62,788 nucleotides of DNA, filler included, from Collodictyon triciliatum (GCA_043381765.1; 10 parts of 10 records of this genome joined end to end with filler, not necessarily neighbours in it), one strand, 5' to 3'. Positions 25,687-44,948 are shown, numbered from the whole stretch's first letter. A program made the numbers and translations. Notes: a model not told the origin generated them from the letters alone.

Positions 25687-27990
25687 ATGTCCGCAGGCTA
25701 TTGCTGTAAGTGAAAATATCTTCGTGTCTCTTCATCTATACATTCACTTTTTATCTTTTATTTCTCTATCTTTTTTTGTTCACCATTCCGATATCTTGCT
25801 AACACGTCGATTCCAGGAAAAAGTGGCCATCAAGAGACCAAAAATTAGGGTGTCTGCAGAGAATGCTTCTTCCATTTGGTTGGGACAGATACACCAAACG
25901 ACTGTCATCAACAGGTCTTGGAATTGAGAAAAGCGCGACTAATCTTGTTCAGTTTATTATTTTTTGCATCATTCCTAGATTATACGACTCAATGTAAGTC
26001 ACCAAGTCTCATGTAATTTTTTAAATGTTGCTTATTCGACAGAGGCGACAAAGCAGCGATTGCAGCGTCGAGTGGGAAAGGTAGTAGAATCACACAAAAT
26101 ACCATATCTGGCTCTCTTGCAGCACATTTATTTAATCGATTTATTCTCTGTGGTATCATTAAATCAGATTCTATGGAATCGTTGGAATTTATGATATTAA
26201 AATCCAATTTTCTTAATCATTATTATATTTTCATATATATATAATTCTGGATTTTATTGATAACTGTTTTGCTAACCATTCTTGCATTATCCACTTGTAG
26301 ACTCCAACGTGTCGACCCATGTAATGACTCCGCTGGATAAAACACAAGACTACAGCATGACTTTGTTATTCTGTATGTTGACGAATGAATTGCAGTAATC
26401 ATATTTTATTTTTTTATACTTAATTTTTTGTTATCCATTTTGATAAAGTGTGTTATTTTCTTTTAAAAAAAAAAACAGTCATTATTTAAATCTTTCAATA
26501 TTTGAGTATATACCGTGATGATTACCCGGAGGCTCTCCCATTTTTTCTTGTTAAAATACCCAAACACCTTTGTGTACTCAACGTATATACCATTAATGAC
26601 AAAAAAATGCTACAGACGTTTGCATCTGATGCTTTTGACTATGATCTATTTTTTTTTTTATAAATATAAATTATAACGCAGACCGTGAAGCACAACGAGC
26701 AACAATATGAAAACCCATTGAACGTCTCATAGAATGAGCTTTATGGATGGATGATGGACAGAACAAGAAGACAATCAGACAAAGGAGTAATTGTAATTCA
26801 TCTACTTATCCATAAAAAAAAATTATTCTTGTCGCATCCAGCTCAGACATGCTCTTTTTTATCTTCTAGAAAAAAAAAATGCAGACAACTAATCCCCCAT
26901 AATATCTCACCCTCTCTTATTTCAAATTATAGGCCTTTATTTGCGGAGACTTTTGCAGACAGGCAGTCAACCATGGTGCAGGACTTCTACGCACTGACAA
27001 AATCGCTACTGGACACGGTGCAGACGAAATGGTAGACTGGTGTGATGAATATTATGTCCATCGATTTATATAAACATTCTCCCAAAAATTATGAAATACA
27101 TCATTCATATATTCGATTCAGCAATCATGCTATTTGAGTTTGTTGTAGGAGATTTCAACTATTTTCGTATTTCTCTTCTCATTAGTTTTACGTGGAGATA
27201 TCGCTCGAATTCAACGCTGCTCAAGTATTACCTCAGGAAGCCAAGCTCTGAGTTAAGCATGATATAGTACTATTACATAATAATAGGCAAATCTGCCTAT
27301 ATTTCACAAAAACAATCACAAGAAAACTCACACATATATTAATCTGTACACTTTATTACAAATACATTCCAATTTTTTTGATTACTTCAGGCTCATTCCC
27401 ATGACACAAACCTCTCAAGTTTTGCTACAAGAAAGAGATTGGGATGTGAACTTTCCTCTCTTTAAATCCTCGACAATCATAAATAGTAAATACTCAAAAC
27501 GTACCTTCTTTCCTTTAAGGTATGCACCGAATGCCTATGACAGGTTTTGTCGAGATTATCACAGAGATTTGGAAGGTTTTTGGCCGAGTGAAATTGTAGG
27601 TTTTTTTCATCTAAATGTGTTCGCTGTACTAATAGCATTAAAAATAAATACGAAAATAGATATTTCGTGTATTCTCTTTACTACCATACAAATCAGTGGC
27701 CTTTTTTTTATATCAAAACCCCATGTAATGTTTAATTTGTACGATTGATTTATTTCATGCGGATGCACTGAGCATGTGTCTAGACTTTCTCAATAGATAT
27801 CATCCAATCGGTCGAAGCGATGACTTTTGATAATCAGGGCGAACTCCTATGCGAAGTGTGCGTTCACGATGCGGATACATCAGCAGCCAAAAAGTCTGCA
27901 AAGCGTGCTTTCTGCTCGATAGTTTTATCACGGGCTTCCAAAACTCACGGTTGGAAAGGCGAAGAAATGGGTTTGTCTTTCCTTTTTTTC
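25687..27990 (+). pseudogene. CTU1: CTU1/NCS6 (cytoplasmic tRNA 2-thiolation protein 1), unprocessed pseudogene
   Basis: Recognisable blocks across frames: IKRPK, VCRECFF, IHQT, YRDD, ELYGW, KIATGH, RGDIAR, YAPNAY and RCGYISSQKVCKAC. Multiple frameshifts and in-frame stops; introns retained. Confidence 0.85.
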
Positions 27991-30085
27991 TTTTGCTGCA
28001 GTTAAGTGGCACTTTCATTTCTTCGCTTTTACTGTCATTTTTTTTTCAAATCAAATTGCTTCAACACCAAATACTATCAGCAGTATTCTGTGCAAAATAT
28101 TTCTCTTTTTCCGAGTCGCAATGATTGACACATCTGTCGTTTTGTTAATTACATAAGGAGCAGTCATTTACCGAGTACAGTGCAGAGTCATCAATGAAGA
28201 GGCTCGATGCCAAACACAAGATAAACATCAAGTTTTAGAATGTAAAATAGAGCTTTAAAAGCAAAATTGATATCAAACGAAAAAAAAAAATTTCGAATAA
28301 TTTTGATTTTATTATCCTTGAACTTCAATATTTTCTCACAAGTGGAGATGATTACTTTTTTAAATGCTTGGCTAATCTATATTAGTGATGCTTTGAGTTT
28401 ATGGACCGATTTATAGACGCTGCAATATTCGGCCGCAGCGATGAGCAACCGTTTCATAAAGCACAACATAATTCTAGCAGCTGGAAACATCGTCATATCT
28501 CCGTATTCAGTCGACGTCATAAGCTGCGGAATGTGGGAAGGAATGAGCACTTGTGCGTCGGGATTGCGCTCCGATGCAAGAAGAACGAGAAAAATAAAAT
28601 ATTTATCTTGTATGAAAGAGTGAGAAAAACAGAAAAATTGTGTTCTCTTACACATTGATGATGAATGATGTGCAGCAGATTGAATTATGGACGACATACT
28701 TTTCTCACTTTCATGGCAAAGAGAACCTTTGCAAGATGCACCGTGGCCATGCAAACAACATGCGAATGAGGCTGGAAAATATCATTTAATCCAGTGCCTG
28801 GAAAAAATCGAATTAGCGCGATGGAATCAAAGAAATATCTAGGATGATGTAATTGCAGAGCATCTGAAAAAACAGTTGGGCACTTGGAGATGAATAAGTA
28901 TCGACGGTTCAATTAAGCTTCCGATTCTGATAGTAACAAATAAATATGTATTGGTAACAACTGCAAACTTACTTTGATTTTTAGAGTGTTCCGACGGCGA
29001 TGGTGCTGTGTTGGTCGGGCATGTATCCACACTCGGCGTGTATGTCACCATTGTTTGAACAAGAAAGATGATTTTATTCTTTTCCTGATGTTTTTTAACT
29101 CATTTACACCAAATATCCAAATAATGGCTTCAAAGTTATGTTTTTCTAGTCCAAAAAATACATCTATATCTCTTCATGTGCTTTATTTAAAGGTAGGTTG
29201 TATTCAGTGCCCCTTTGGTTTTGCACAAAAACCACACGGGTGGCAACCAAGCCTCAACTTGACGACGAGAATGTGGTCTACGAGCACTACCGGACGCGAC
29301 TGGTAGAGCGAACAGAAGGGATGCAGGAGAAGGGACTCTACCCGGCCGGCTGCGTGGTGCGCCTTGTGGGCGAGTACACTGAGACACTGACGCGCCACAC
29401 GCCTGTGCTTGCTGGTGCAGCTGTGCGAAGTCCACCGCACCCGTGAGTGCGCCACGGAGGGCGTTGTGCTGCTGGCATCCGACCTGTCGAGCGGCCTGGG
29501 CCTTGCATACCCCTGCAGGGAGACGGCCGAGCGCTTTGTCCCACAACAAAGGCGAAGCCACACCACAGCTCGCGTCGATTCCAGAGCCAGCACACACACC
29601 AACCCTGGCAAAACCCCCCGCCAACCCCAAAGACTCCACAAGAGGCTCCCCTTCTACTGCGGACAAAGACCCAAACGCGTCCTCCAACTCGGCAGGCACG
29701 CTCACAGGCAAAGCCGCACCCAACGCCGCCCCACAGCGGACACAAACAAAGCCCGTCGCCACCCAAGCGAAGGCNNNNNNNNNNNNNNNNNNNNNNNNNN
29801 NNNNNNNNNNNNNNNNNNTTAATTAATTAANNNNNNNNNNNNNNNNNNNNNNNNNNNNNNNNNNNNNNNNNNNNTTTCGTTTTTTCTTTTTTTCGTTTTT
29901 TCGTTTTTTCGTTTTTTCGTTTTTTCGTTTTTTCGTTTTTTCGTTTTTTCGTTTTTTCGTTTTTTCGAAATGAAATTAAAAGAGGCAACCGAAGAACTAA
30001 ACCCAGTATCTTTTGCCCAGCCTTTCTTACTCTGCAGTATTTCTTTTTGTTTTATTCTTTCTTCTTCTGGCAAGAACCTGCAAAG

Positions 30086-32132
30086 ATGCTTCGTGTCCTT
30101 CATCCTGTCACGAGTCACGCTTTGTTTCGTCACCGGCCTTTAAGTCTTGCAAACTCGCCTTGTTTTTCGACTCTGTCGAGAATTCGTCTCTGGAAGTCGA
30201 ATCTGCTGTGGTGTTTGAATGGACAACCTTTTGCTTCTACCGTGCAAAGAGTGCAAAGCCAAACAAGTCTTTCCTTGAGGAAGTCATTCAGCAGCAGCGG
30301 TCTTTGTCGCTCGACGTTGTCAACTGATTATCCCATCGATGTTGTCCTTCCTCCCGTGGATTATCCTGCACCCGAGCCAAAGAAAGTACAGCGGAAGGTG
30401 GCGCCGCTGATTGTGAGAAAGATGCATCCTGGACAGCTTGTCGTTCAGAGGGGTATAGCTCACGAGTGTCATAATGTGTTGCTATATTTGTTATGTTATT
30501 ATTTTTTTACATTCTTACATTCTTACATTCTTTCATTTTTATATTAATATGAACTCGATTTCATTATCAATAAAAATCTCATTTTTTATTATAATACGAT
30601 TTTTTTATCCTTCCTTTCAATTTTGTGCAGGATGGTGGACATATTATGATTTTGTATTTGCCTTATTTGACTTCTCTGAAATCATCATGTATTATATATC
30701 TGTTTTGTTAGTCTTTGGATTGAGAGGAAGAAACATCACCTTAAGTTTTATAATTATCTATTATATGCATGAAAATTGCTTTTGCTTTTGCTTTTGCTTT
30801 TGCTTTTACTCTAAAAATGAAATCAATAGGTGCTATTTGCAGGGTAACAAGAGTCCAGGATATGAGCAGAGGAGTGCACCGCGATGTTGAGGTTTTTAAA
30901 TTATCAAAAAAAAATTCGAATAAAACTTGCTCTAATGACTATGAATCATGAAACACGATGCAGTGCCTAAGAATGTCTATCCTTAAGTTACCTTAATTAG
31001 CGAAGAAATACCTCGCGCGTAATTTTATATCTAAAATGTTTCTGATTGAAATACTCAGGTTTTCTTTGAGAACACAGAAACAGGAAACAAGCATTCCGAG
31101 ATATTCCGAGCCACTCGTCTTATGATAGGTTTTTTTTAAAATAAATATATATAAAAGGAAAACAGATTTTACAACAGCACTGATCGAAAAAATATGGGAC
31201 TCCCCAATTATTCTGCATTTAATGCATCTGCCTTATCTATTTCATGCACCAGAGCCCAACATAGACCGCGTTAGATACAAATTTGATCAGCGCGATAAGT
31301 TTGGTTCGTTCGTCTTTTCCAAGGCACAGCTGCGAAAGCCTGGAGAACAAGGCGTTGTTGCATCCCCATTCTCGATTGGCGATGCAGCCGCATACCTTGT
31401 TCGTAAGTTACATATTCATGCACGTGGAATAGTTTCATTTCAAGATGAACCTTCCTTGTGACATCTTTATTTTTTCTATTTATGTAGTGTATTAGTATAC
31501 TTATCACTTTTCTATTCGATTTGTATTTGTTTATATTCAGTCATTCATTCATTTCATAGCTGGAGGCGAATACTATCTTTTGTTGAGTGATAAGCGTGTT
31601 GTTGGCATCGATATGCCACGCATCGTTCAGTGTATGGTGTCATCAATCCGCCAAGTATCACCACCACAAGAGAATTCCAGGTTAATATCATATTACCCTC
31701 TTTTTCTTTTTTTCTTTTTTTTTTTGTGTTCCATATTTTCTCAGTCGTGCGTATAAGCATTTGCGCATTTTTATCATCATCACTATTTTGCGAATAAAAA
31801 TCGAAAAATTAAAACATGATGAAATAATATCCCCATGCCATCTCCTACGTTTAAACCGTATTATTCACCTCAGGCAAAAGCCTCTATTCTTGGGTCGGCT
31901 CCAGTGCGGTATCGAAGTCGAGATACCGGAGGACACAAAAATCGGATATGTCTTGAACATAGATCGACTAAAGAATGTAGTTGTCCTGGAACCGTTCTCT
32001 CCAAAACGACAAATCACGCCGATGAAGACAAAAATGTCACCAGAGGAAAAAGAGGCACGTCGACGAAAGACAATCAAGCAGTATGCAAACATCAAAATGC
32101 TTCGCTCTTTCAAAACCGACCGAGTTGAGTGA
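30086..32132 (+). CDS. Elongation factor P-like protein with a mitochondrial-type presequence
   Basis: Arg/Ser/Leu-rich N-terminus without acidic residues. Spliced core VRKMHPGQLVVQRGIAHE|VTRVQDMSRGVHRDVE|VFFENTETGNKHSEIFR...FVF...EQ...IGDAAAYL...GIDMP...GRLQCGIEVEIPEDTKIGYVLNIDR matches the three EF-P domains in order and spacing. Confidence 0.75.
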
Positions 32133-32525
32133 TGGTGAAGAAACGTGCACCAATCATTTGTCCAGCTAACAATAAATAAGTAGAGATAAGGAAAGGTACT
32201 AAAGTGAACCAGAGCCGCATAGTCATCAATATTTTTGTGATGTAAAAGGAATAGAGAGAAAAAAATTTTATGTATGTAATATGTCTAGCAACTTAAATCT
32301 GAAACCCCATGGCGATGAAAAAAAGGGAGAGAGAATATATAAATAACTGTAGTGATTTGAATCTAGCCTTTTATTTGTTTTTTTCTTCCTCTTGAATTTT
32401 AGCCAATTCACAATTGAATAGTGTGTTGTTTCCTTCTGTTCTTGAATTGTGTTTATAAAGAGAATTTTGCTTTCTTTTCGCGGTCGCACAAAAGAAGAAA
32501 CTTTTTTTTGGATGTTCTTTATTGA

Positions 32526-34081
32526 TTAAGCATTTCTCCCAAACAAATTCGAGCACAAATCATCCAAGACAGGAGGATATTCCCTATTGAGTGGAGCCAT
32601 GAAGGAAACAAGCTTCTCGTGCACAGTGAACCTAGGAATTGTTCCAGCTTGTTACAAACGATTTGTTCCTTCTGTTTTTTCTTTTCTCGATTCTGGTGTG
32701 TGTTTTTTTATCTAAAAGAGGTAATGAATCAACCATGAATTGACAAGCATATTAACTACCTTATTTTTCTGCCCTTGCTTGCTCTTTGGTCCACCTTCTT
32801 GCGCAATTTGCCCTTCGCTTGAATCATAGCCAAATATTGTCGAGAAAGGGCGATTGGGTCGGATGAATCTATACACAGATGTCGCATTAGAGCTGTAAGG
32901 AAATTTTAAATGGTAGAACTTTATCATGGTCATGAGAAGAAACATGTGTCCATAATTTGTTGATATATAGTGGTTACCGGCTCCAGTTTTGCGCTCGATG
33001 AGTTCTTTTAGGATTTGGGAATAAAAATCCGTATCGTCAAATATCTCTTCATCATAATCAGCCTATGCAACACAGAATTTTATTTATTTTATGCAATCCT
33101 GTCATTTGAAAATATTGATGGGTTGTAGAAATTTCTTTTAAAAAATGGCAAAGCCCTTATGCTCTATTTTTTTTTTTGTTTGTTTTACATTTAAAAATAA
33201 ACCTCTTCTTTACGGGCGACATTTGTATCCTATTATGAATTGATAATAGAAAAGGAAATTTAAAAGGCATGAAATTCATGTACAAGGATATTTCAACTAA
33301 ACTAAACTAAAACGATTTCCTGTTGCATTACACGATAACAATCAGTTATGTGTATATTGATTATTAATATTTTTTTACTAGTTCTCCAATAATATGATAC
33401 GACGATCTTTTCAGTTGTGTTCTCTTTTTCAATCGACCCTCGTCCGCAAGGACGTGTTCCACTTGTTTGAGAATCGACTTGTTTTATATTACAGATTTTA
33501 AGTTGCTCAGTAATTAACCGCTTCTCGATTAATATTCATAATGGATAACTAGGCGAGTGAATTTTGGAAATACTTGGTTCATGGATTTGAGCTTTTTCCC
33601 AGTTAAATCTCCAGTGAAGAGTTGCGTTTTTCGGTTCCACCGGTCAATAGAATCGTTCATAAATCCTTCGAAGCTAAACATATAGCATGCAGCATACTTG
33701 AGCTAATCTTGAGTGGCATAGTATTCATCTGCACAGAAAGAATTCAACATCATCAGAAAAAAAAAAAAGTGATAGGACCTTGTATCTGCTGCAACGACAT
33801 CAGTCCAGTGGCTTTCAATGTCATGTTTTGGTGTCTCTGTTGAAATAGACACAATTAAATTTCGAGACTATGTTGACAGTATCCGACTTTCAAGTATTTG
33901 TACTTTTCAACGTATATTCTCATGCATGGTTGTATTCTGTAATTAATCATGAAACATGTTATCAAAAGTATTATCAAAAATGAAATACCTAAAGTCCGTT
34001 TTCTGTTCCAATTTGGTATTTGCTCATTAGACTCACATAGCACCTTAGAAAAGTACATAGTTAAGGTTAGTGCACATGAGC

Positions 34082-34157
<76 letters not shown>

Positions 34158-35823
34158 GAAATCAATATATCATTATAATAGTAATGATTTAAGTGATTTT
34201 TTCGGGACTGATACACAACCTGTTTGCATTCGAGAAGAGAATCTAGTAGAGCTCCTGTTTCTTGTATCGCCAAGTCAGAGAGTTGAGAGACTCTCTCGTC
34301 CGTTGATTCGGTAACAAACGATGAGAATGTCGTATTCTGTTGTAAAATAAAATTAAATAGAATACAATATAGTACATCCCGTCAAAATGGATTTAAACTT
34401 GGCGATGTGACCAGAATAGGTTTTTTTTCTCATGTAAATTCAAGGAAGCCCTTTAATCAGATAAGTGGTGAATAAAGTTTTTTTTTTACCTTGGGGAGTT
34501 TATTTGCCAAAGCGACGGCCTTTTGCAAACGAATGCGGACATCGATGAATTGGTCCCATAAGGCCTTTAACATTTTGTTGGTGTTGTTTGGTAGTTTGTT
34601 TTATCAATTTGAACTCATAAAGCAATAGAATATCAAGATGTACAATACCAAGTGGTTATTTCTTTAGAATTATAAGCTTAAACTTTTGTATGTTTGCCTC
34701 GTGTTACCATTTGATTCCGAACATGAGATGCTTTTTCTACATCCCTCGATGCTCCTTTCTGGAATGTATCCACTGCCTTCCTACAGAAGCCATCCAACCA
34801 AAGTTCAACAAGGCATTTTAATCATGGCATTAAGTCTCGTGAATTTTAATTGTAAATAGCTCGCTTGCATGCAGAAGCCAACCACCGACATACTTTTCTT
34901 CCTCTTCCAACTCTTTCTCTATCATTTGAAGGGCTTCGTTGTTGCTGTTCATGAAGTTAGAAAATCCTTCATCTGCATCATCCTCACCTCTAATTGTATC
35001 GTCATTACCGTCTTCAGAGTAACCTTCCTGCGATTTACTCGTTAAGATGGTCGCCGTCTTATATAAATAGTCTTACAAAAATGAAACACATAAAGGCGAC
35101 AAAATTTAACAATTTACCTCAGATGAACTCCATTTTCCATCAATTCCATCGTCTCCTTCCTCTTCATCGCCCGCTTCGTCATTATCTCCATCAATATTAT
35201 CATTTTCATCTGAGCTTTGGTCATGGTCTTCGCTTTGCTGTCCGAGTTCATCCTCAATGTCCCCGATATCTGCTTCATCGTCTTCAATATCCCCGCCATC
35301 ATCTCCATTATCGTTGTCTTCATCTTCAATGTATCCGTCCTCATCCTCATCATCATCATCTTCGAAATCATTTAGCTGCTTCCTAGAACTTTTCACTCCG
35401 GCATATTTCCCATCGAATAGGGCAATATCTCCTCTCAATCGCAGTTTTCTTTAACAAGTAACAAGAAATGCATTTAGGTATGGAATGAGAAAATAAGTGA
35501 CGCAAATATATAGCGTTATAAAGGTGGGCGAGATTCACTTTGTCACAAGATGACTGTTGATATAATATATTTTTGTATGTTTTCAAACCTAACCCAGACC
35601 CCTTTTTTTTCAAACATTTTATTATTTTTTACAAAAAGAAACACTGTTCTTTATAATCTTATTTGAAAAGCGTACGACTCAGGAGCAGCTTGCAATGAGC
35701 CTATTTTAGGTGCAATTTCGCCGCCGAATCCGTCCTCATCATTCTCTAATAATTCCTCTTGCTGCTGTAGAAAGCTTTTCTTGGTAGAAAAATGGCCCAC
35801 TTCGTTGTCTGCTGGATCAAAGT
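32526..35823 (-). CDS. AATF: AATF/BFR2 (Che-1) 40S biogenesis factor, 5' partial
   Basis: Acidic N-terminal region, ALWDQFIDVRIRLQKAV, IFDDTDFYSQILKELIERK and KVDQRASKGRKIR|FTVHEKLVSFMAP...NLFG. TAA stop at 32526. Includes a 27-nt microexon at 33203-33229. Confidence 0.92.
34081..34156 (+). repeat. (CAA)n microsatellite, intronic (also about 55867-55966)
   Basis: Perfect array inside the AATF intron. The second array lies in a kinase intron. Confidence 0.95.
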
Positions 35824-35833
35824 CTAAGAATAA

Positions 35834-35872
<39 letters not shown>

Positions 35873-36011
35873 AAAAAAAAAAAATAAAAATAATTTTTTT
35901 TTTTTTTATTTNNNNNNNNNNNNNNNNNNNNNNNNNNNNNNNNNNNNNNNNNNNNTTAATTAATTAANNNNNNNNNNNNNNNNNNNNNNNNNNNNNNNNN
36001 NNNNNNNNNNN

Positions 36012-36109
<98 letters not shown>

Positions 36110-36113
36110 TAAC

Positions 36114-36243
36114 CTGAGGGATCTGAGAAGCTTCCAGGTGGACAAACCGCGCAAGTTGTGTTCTGCGCAGAGACCTCAACAGTTGCGGTCCAAGCAACGA
36201 AGCAGACAAAGAGCAAAGCGGAAGGGCGCTGCTTCGATCGCAT
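36114..36243 (-). CDS. First exon of a secreted or membrane Cys-rich protein (remainder off the contig)
   Basis: MRSKQRPSALLFVCFVAWTATVEVSAQNTTCAVCPPGSFSDPS: signal peptide plus a CxxCPPGxF motif, followed by a G|GTTAG donor. Confidence 0.65.
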
Positions 36244-36773
36244 GTATGCCTGCGCAGGTATTCATCTTTCGATTATTATTATTATTTTCCTTGTCGCATT
36301 ACTGCTGAGAAGAAAATAAAAGGAGAAAGAGATTCCCTCCGCTCATTCGTTTCTGTCCTCTTCTGTTTCTATGTGGGATCGTGCTCGCTCCTCCTTTTCT
36401 CTTCTTTGCGTTCGGCTGGTATCTTTTTGTCCTTTTTTTTTTTCCTCTGGGCTTTATCTTCGACATACTGACATATTTGTGATGGAAACAAACTGGGCAC
36501 TTGCAAGAGTATCAAAATTAAAATAATAATAATGATATGCGTTCATAACTAGAAAGTAAGTAAATAAAAAAAGTGAAGCAGATAAGGCGGATGCATGAAT
36601 CTTTATTATTACTAAGCCATATACACGTGCGCGCTTCATCGCAGAAAAACAGGCCAGGTTACAATCCTGCTTGTAAAGAGGCAGACTTTGTTGGTAGATT
36701 TGCATGGAGCGGGTGGCGAGAAAGGAAAAGAGAGGCAGGGCAATGCAGGAGCAGAGGCCAACGAGCAGCCGGC

Positions 36774-42515
<5,742 letters not shown>

Positions 42516-42816
42516 TTCGTCTCCCTCTCCTTCGGATCTTCTGAATTGATCACAGGTACAAAGTCTTCACTTCACGCTTCATCTTCTTTACACTCTTTTC
42601 AACACCCTCTCTTTTCTGTTTTTCTTTCTTTCTGGTTTGATCCGTTTTTTGATTTATTTTCCAGCAGTCACGCAGAATGATCTTTTTAAAACTTTGTAAT
42701 TTGAATCTGATTTCCTATATGTGGAAAAGGGTGCAAGCGGCTTTTTGACTGTTGCAAATGTTCAGTCCGTTTCATTTACTTCGGCGATTCCTTGCAATAA
42801 TTTATAGATCTGTCCA

Positions 42817-43227
42817 TCACAGAAGAAGGTCGCGGCCCCAGATGGATGTCGCTAGCCACATAACAACAGTTCTCATGATTCCCACGTAGTCTCGAATATT
42901 TTCTCTCCAGGCTCGGTACCACGGGTCTGCAATAAAACATGTTAAGAGCCCCCCCAGCCTTCGGGAAATCAAACGTTGCTTGTTTTGCCTGGATGATAAG
43001 ATGGTGCGCAGAGATATGATTCATTCGATTACAATGTTTGCGGCGATAAGCGGCGACTTCACGAACGCAATGCGTCAGGATAAAATAAAACGTGTTGACT
43101 GGAGTTCCGAGACCAACATCAAGAGATGCGAGATAGTTGCTTTTTTTTAGACGAAATATTAATCATTCAATTCAGTACATGCGTATTCTGGCTTCACTAT
43201 ACTTTAATTATAATGATGATGATGATG

Positions 43228-43326
<99 letters not shown>

Positions 43327-44286
43327 GCAATAGTAATAGTAATAGTAATGCAGAGCTAATCACAACTCAGACAGGGGATACTGAATTTCGTTGACCTACT
43401 TAATTTTGAGAACCAATATCAACCTCTGTGGAACGTTCGAGAGAATGGACAGAATCTGCTTCGATTGTTTGTTGACTTGTGTTTGAAGTCTTTTCTGGTC
43501 TTCAATCGTGAATTCTGAATGAAATCCACCTTTCATAGACCTGCATTTTTTTCCCGAACCATTAGTTGAGTCCTTACTATTGGCTCATGTATCCGCAAAA
43601 AGACCATGCAGACAAATGGATGTTCATGCACAGGAGACGCGCCATATTCATGACATGAAAATAGGAAGGACAATTAAGAAAAAGAATGTTGCCTATCGTA
43701 ATCGCGCCCAGTGATGACGACAGTAAACAACTTGAAGTACTTCAGAACTCCAAACTTCTTACACATCTCCAACGCTGTTTTTTCGTCTTGGAGAATCAGA
43801 CTTTTCCACAAAGTACAATAGTCGATGCTAAACTCGTAGAACAAAAGTTGGTAATTGGCCGTTAAAACGATTATGCATTTGGCATAAAACCAGACATATC
43901 AAATCAATATGTACATTCGATGAGCCATTACAGGCGTGCATATGAACCCAACAACAAAAATTAAAATAAATAAATATTTTGGTAAGTACCGAAATTCTTC
44001 GTCCATCTCTCGATAAAGGCCATGGTCTAGAAGGACGAGCTGGGGTTTGCTTTCGTTATCGGGATTTCTCCTTACCAGTATGTTTCCTGTTGGATGGTTG
44101 CATCGTTATTTTAACAGATGTTCGTATAATTTATGCTATTTGCATCAATGCAGAAAAGAATAAAAATTAACACTTTTTATTTTTTTTAAAAAAATGTCTA
44201 TTGTTCAAACCAGGATGTGGGTCGGCATGCACAAAACCATGCTTGAATGCCTGAATACAGAACGTATCTGCCAATATACTGCATAC
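42817..44286 (-). CDS. ABC1/ADCK (UbiB) atypical kinase, 3' part (ADCK1/5-like)
   Basis: FKHGFVHADPHPG|NILVR...QLVLLDHGLY, DYCTLWKSLI and PQRLILVLKIN. TGA stop at 42817. Confidence 0.9.
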
Positions 44287-44317
44287 CTGCTCAACAATAG
44301 GTCCATTAATTGCGCAC

Positions 44318-44364
<47 letters not shown>

Positions 44365-44493
44365 AAAATTAAGAGAAAGGAAAAGATATATNNNNNNNNN
44401 NNNNNNNNNNNNNNNNNNNNNNNNNNNNNNNNNNNTTAATTAATTAANNNNNNNNNNNNNNNNNNNNNNNNNNNNNNNNNNNNNNNNNNNNAC

Positions 44494-44674
44494 CGAAGAG
44501 AAACTGAGGCGGACGCTTGGCATACAGATGCGTCTCCGGCAAATGGATCGGATTCAACAAAACTGTTGCCTTCCCTTCGACTGGAATCACATCCCATATC
44601 TCCACATCGCCACCTTTGATTTCCGTCGAACTGAGCGGGCGAATACGCACCGACACAAACACGTTTTCTGTCAT
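44494..44674 (-). CDS. Kinesin motor protein, first exon
   Basis: MTENVFVSVRIRPL... is the kinesin motor N-terminus. The exon ends at TTC G|GT at the contig edge. Confidence 0.75.
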
Positions 44675-44803
44675 GGACGGCGCAAGAACAGTTTTTTCCT
44701 AGGGGAAGGAAATCAACTTGAAAGAATGACCAGGATACTTTGGTTAACTCGAAAGAATAAGCAGTTAGTTATTAGGTATGTTGATGGTCTGCAAGGATGT
44801 TCG

Positions 44804-44948
44804 TATTGTGAACCGATCAAGTAGAGTGTCGACTCGTGATATCGAAAGACAAGGACACGTCGCTTGTTTGATCGGCCTCTTCCGCCCGAATATATTCACA
44901 AGTCACCGTGCTAACAAGCAAGTCCATCACGAAAGAGTGATTCAGTCT
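44804..44948 (-). ncRNA. Candidate H/ACA-type guide RNA (3' hairpin plus ACA)
   Basis: Minus strand: GCCGATCAA/TTGATCGGT lower stem, an internal pocket, and GTGTC/GACAC plus CTTGT/ACGAG upper stems. ACA lies 16 nt from the pocket top. A weaker 5' hairpin has no clean ANANNA box. Confidence 0.4.

Noticed and set aside
33949-34314. Poly-Q, poly-N, poly-L, poly-I and similar ORFs in the ORF track
   Set aside because: Translations of intronic microsatellites, often antisense to real genes.
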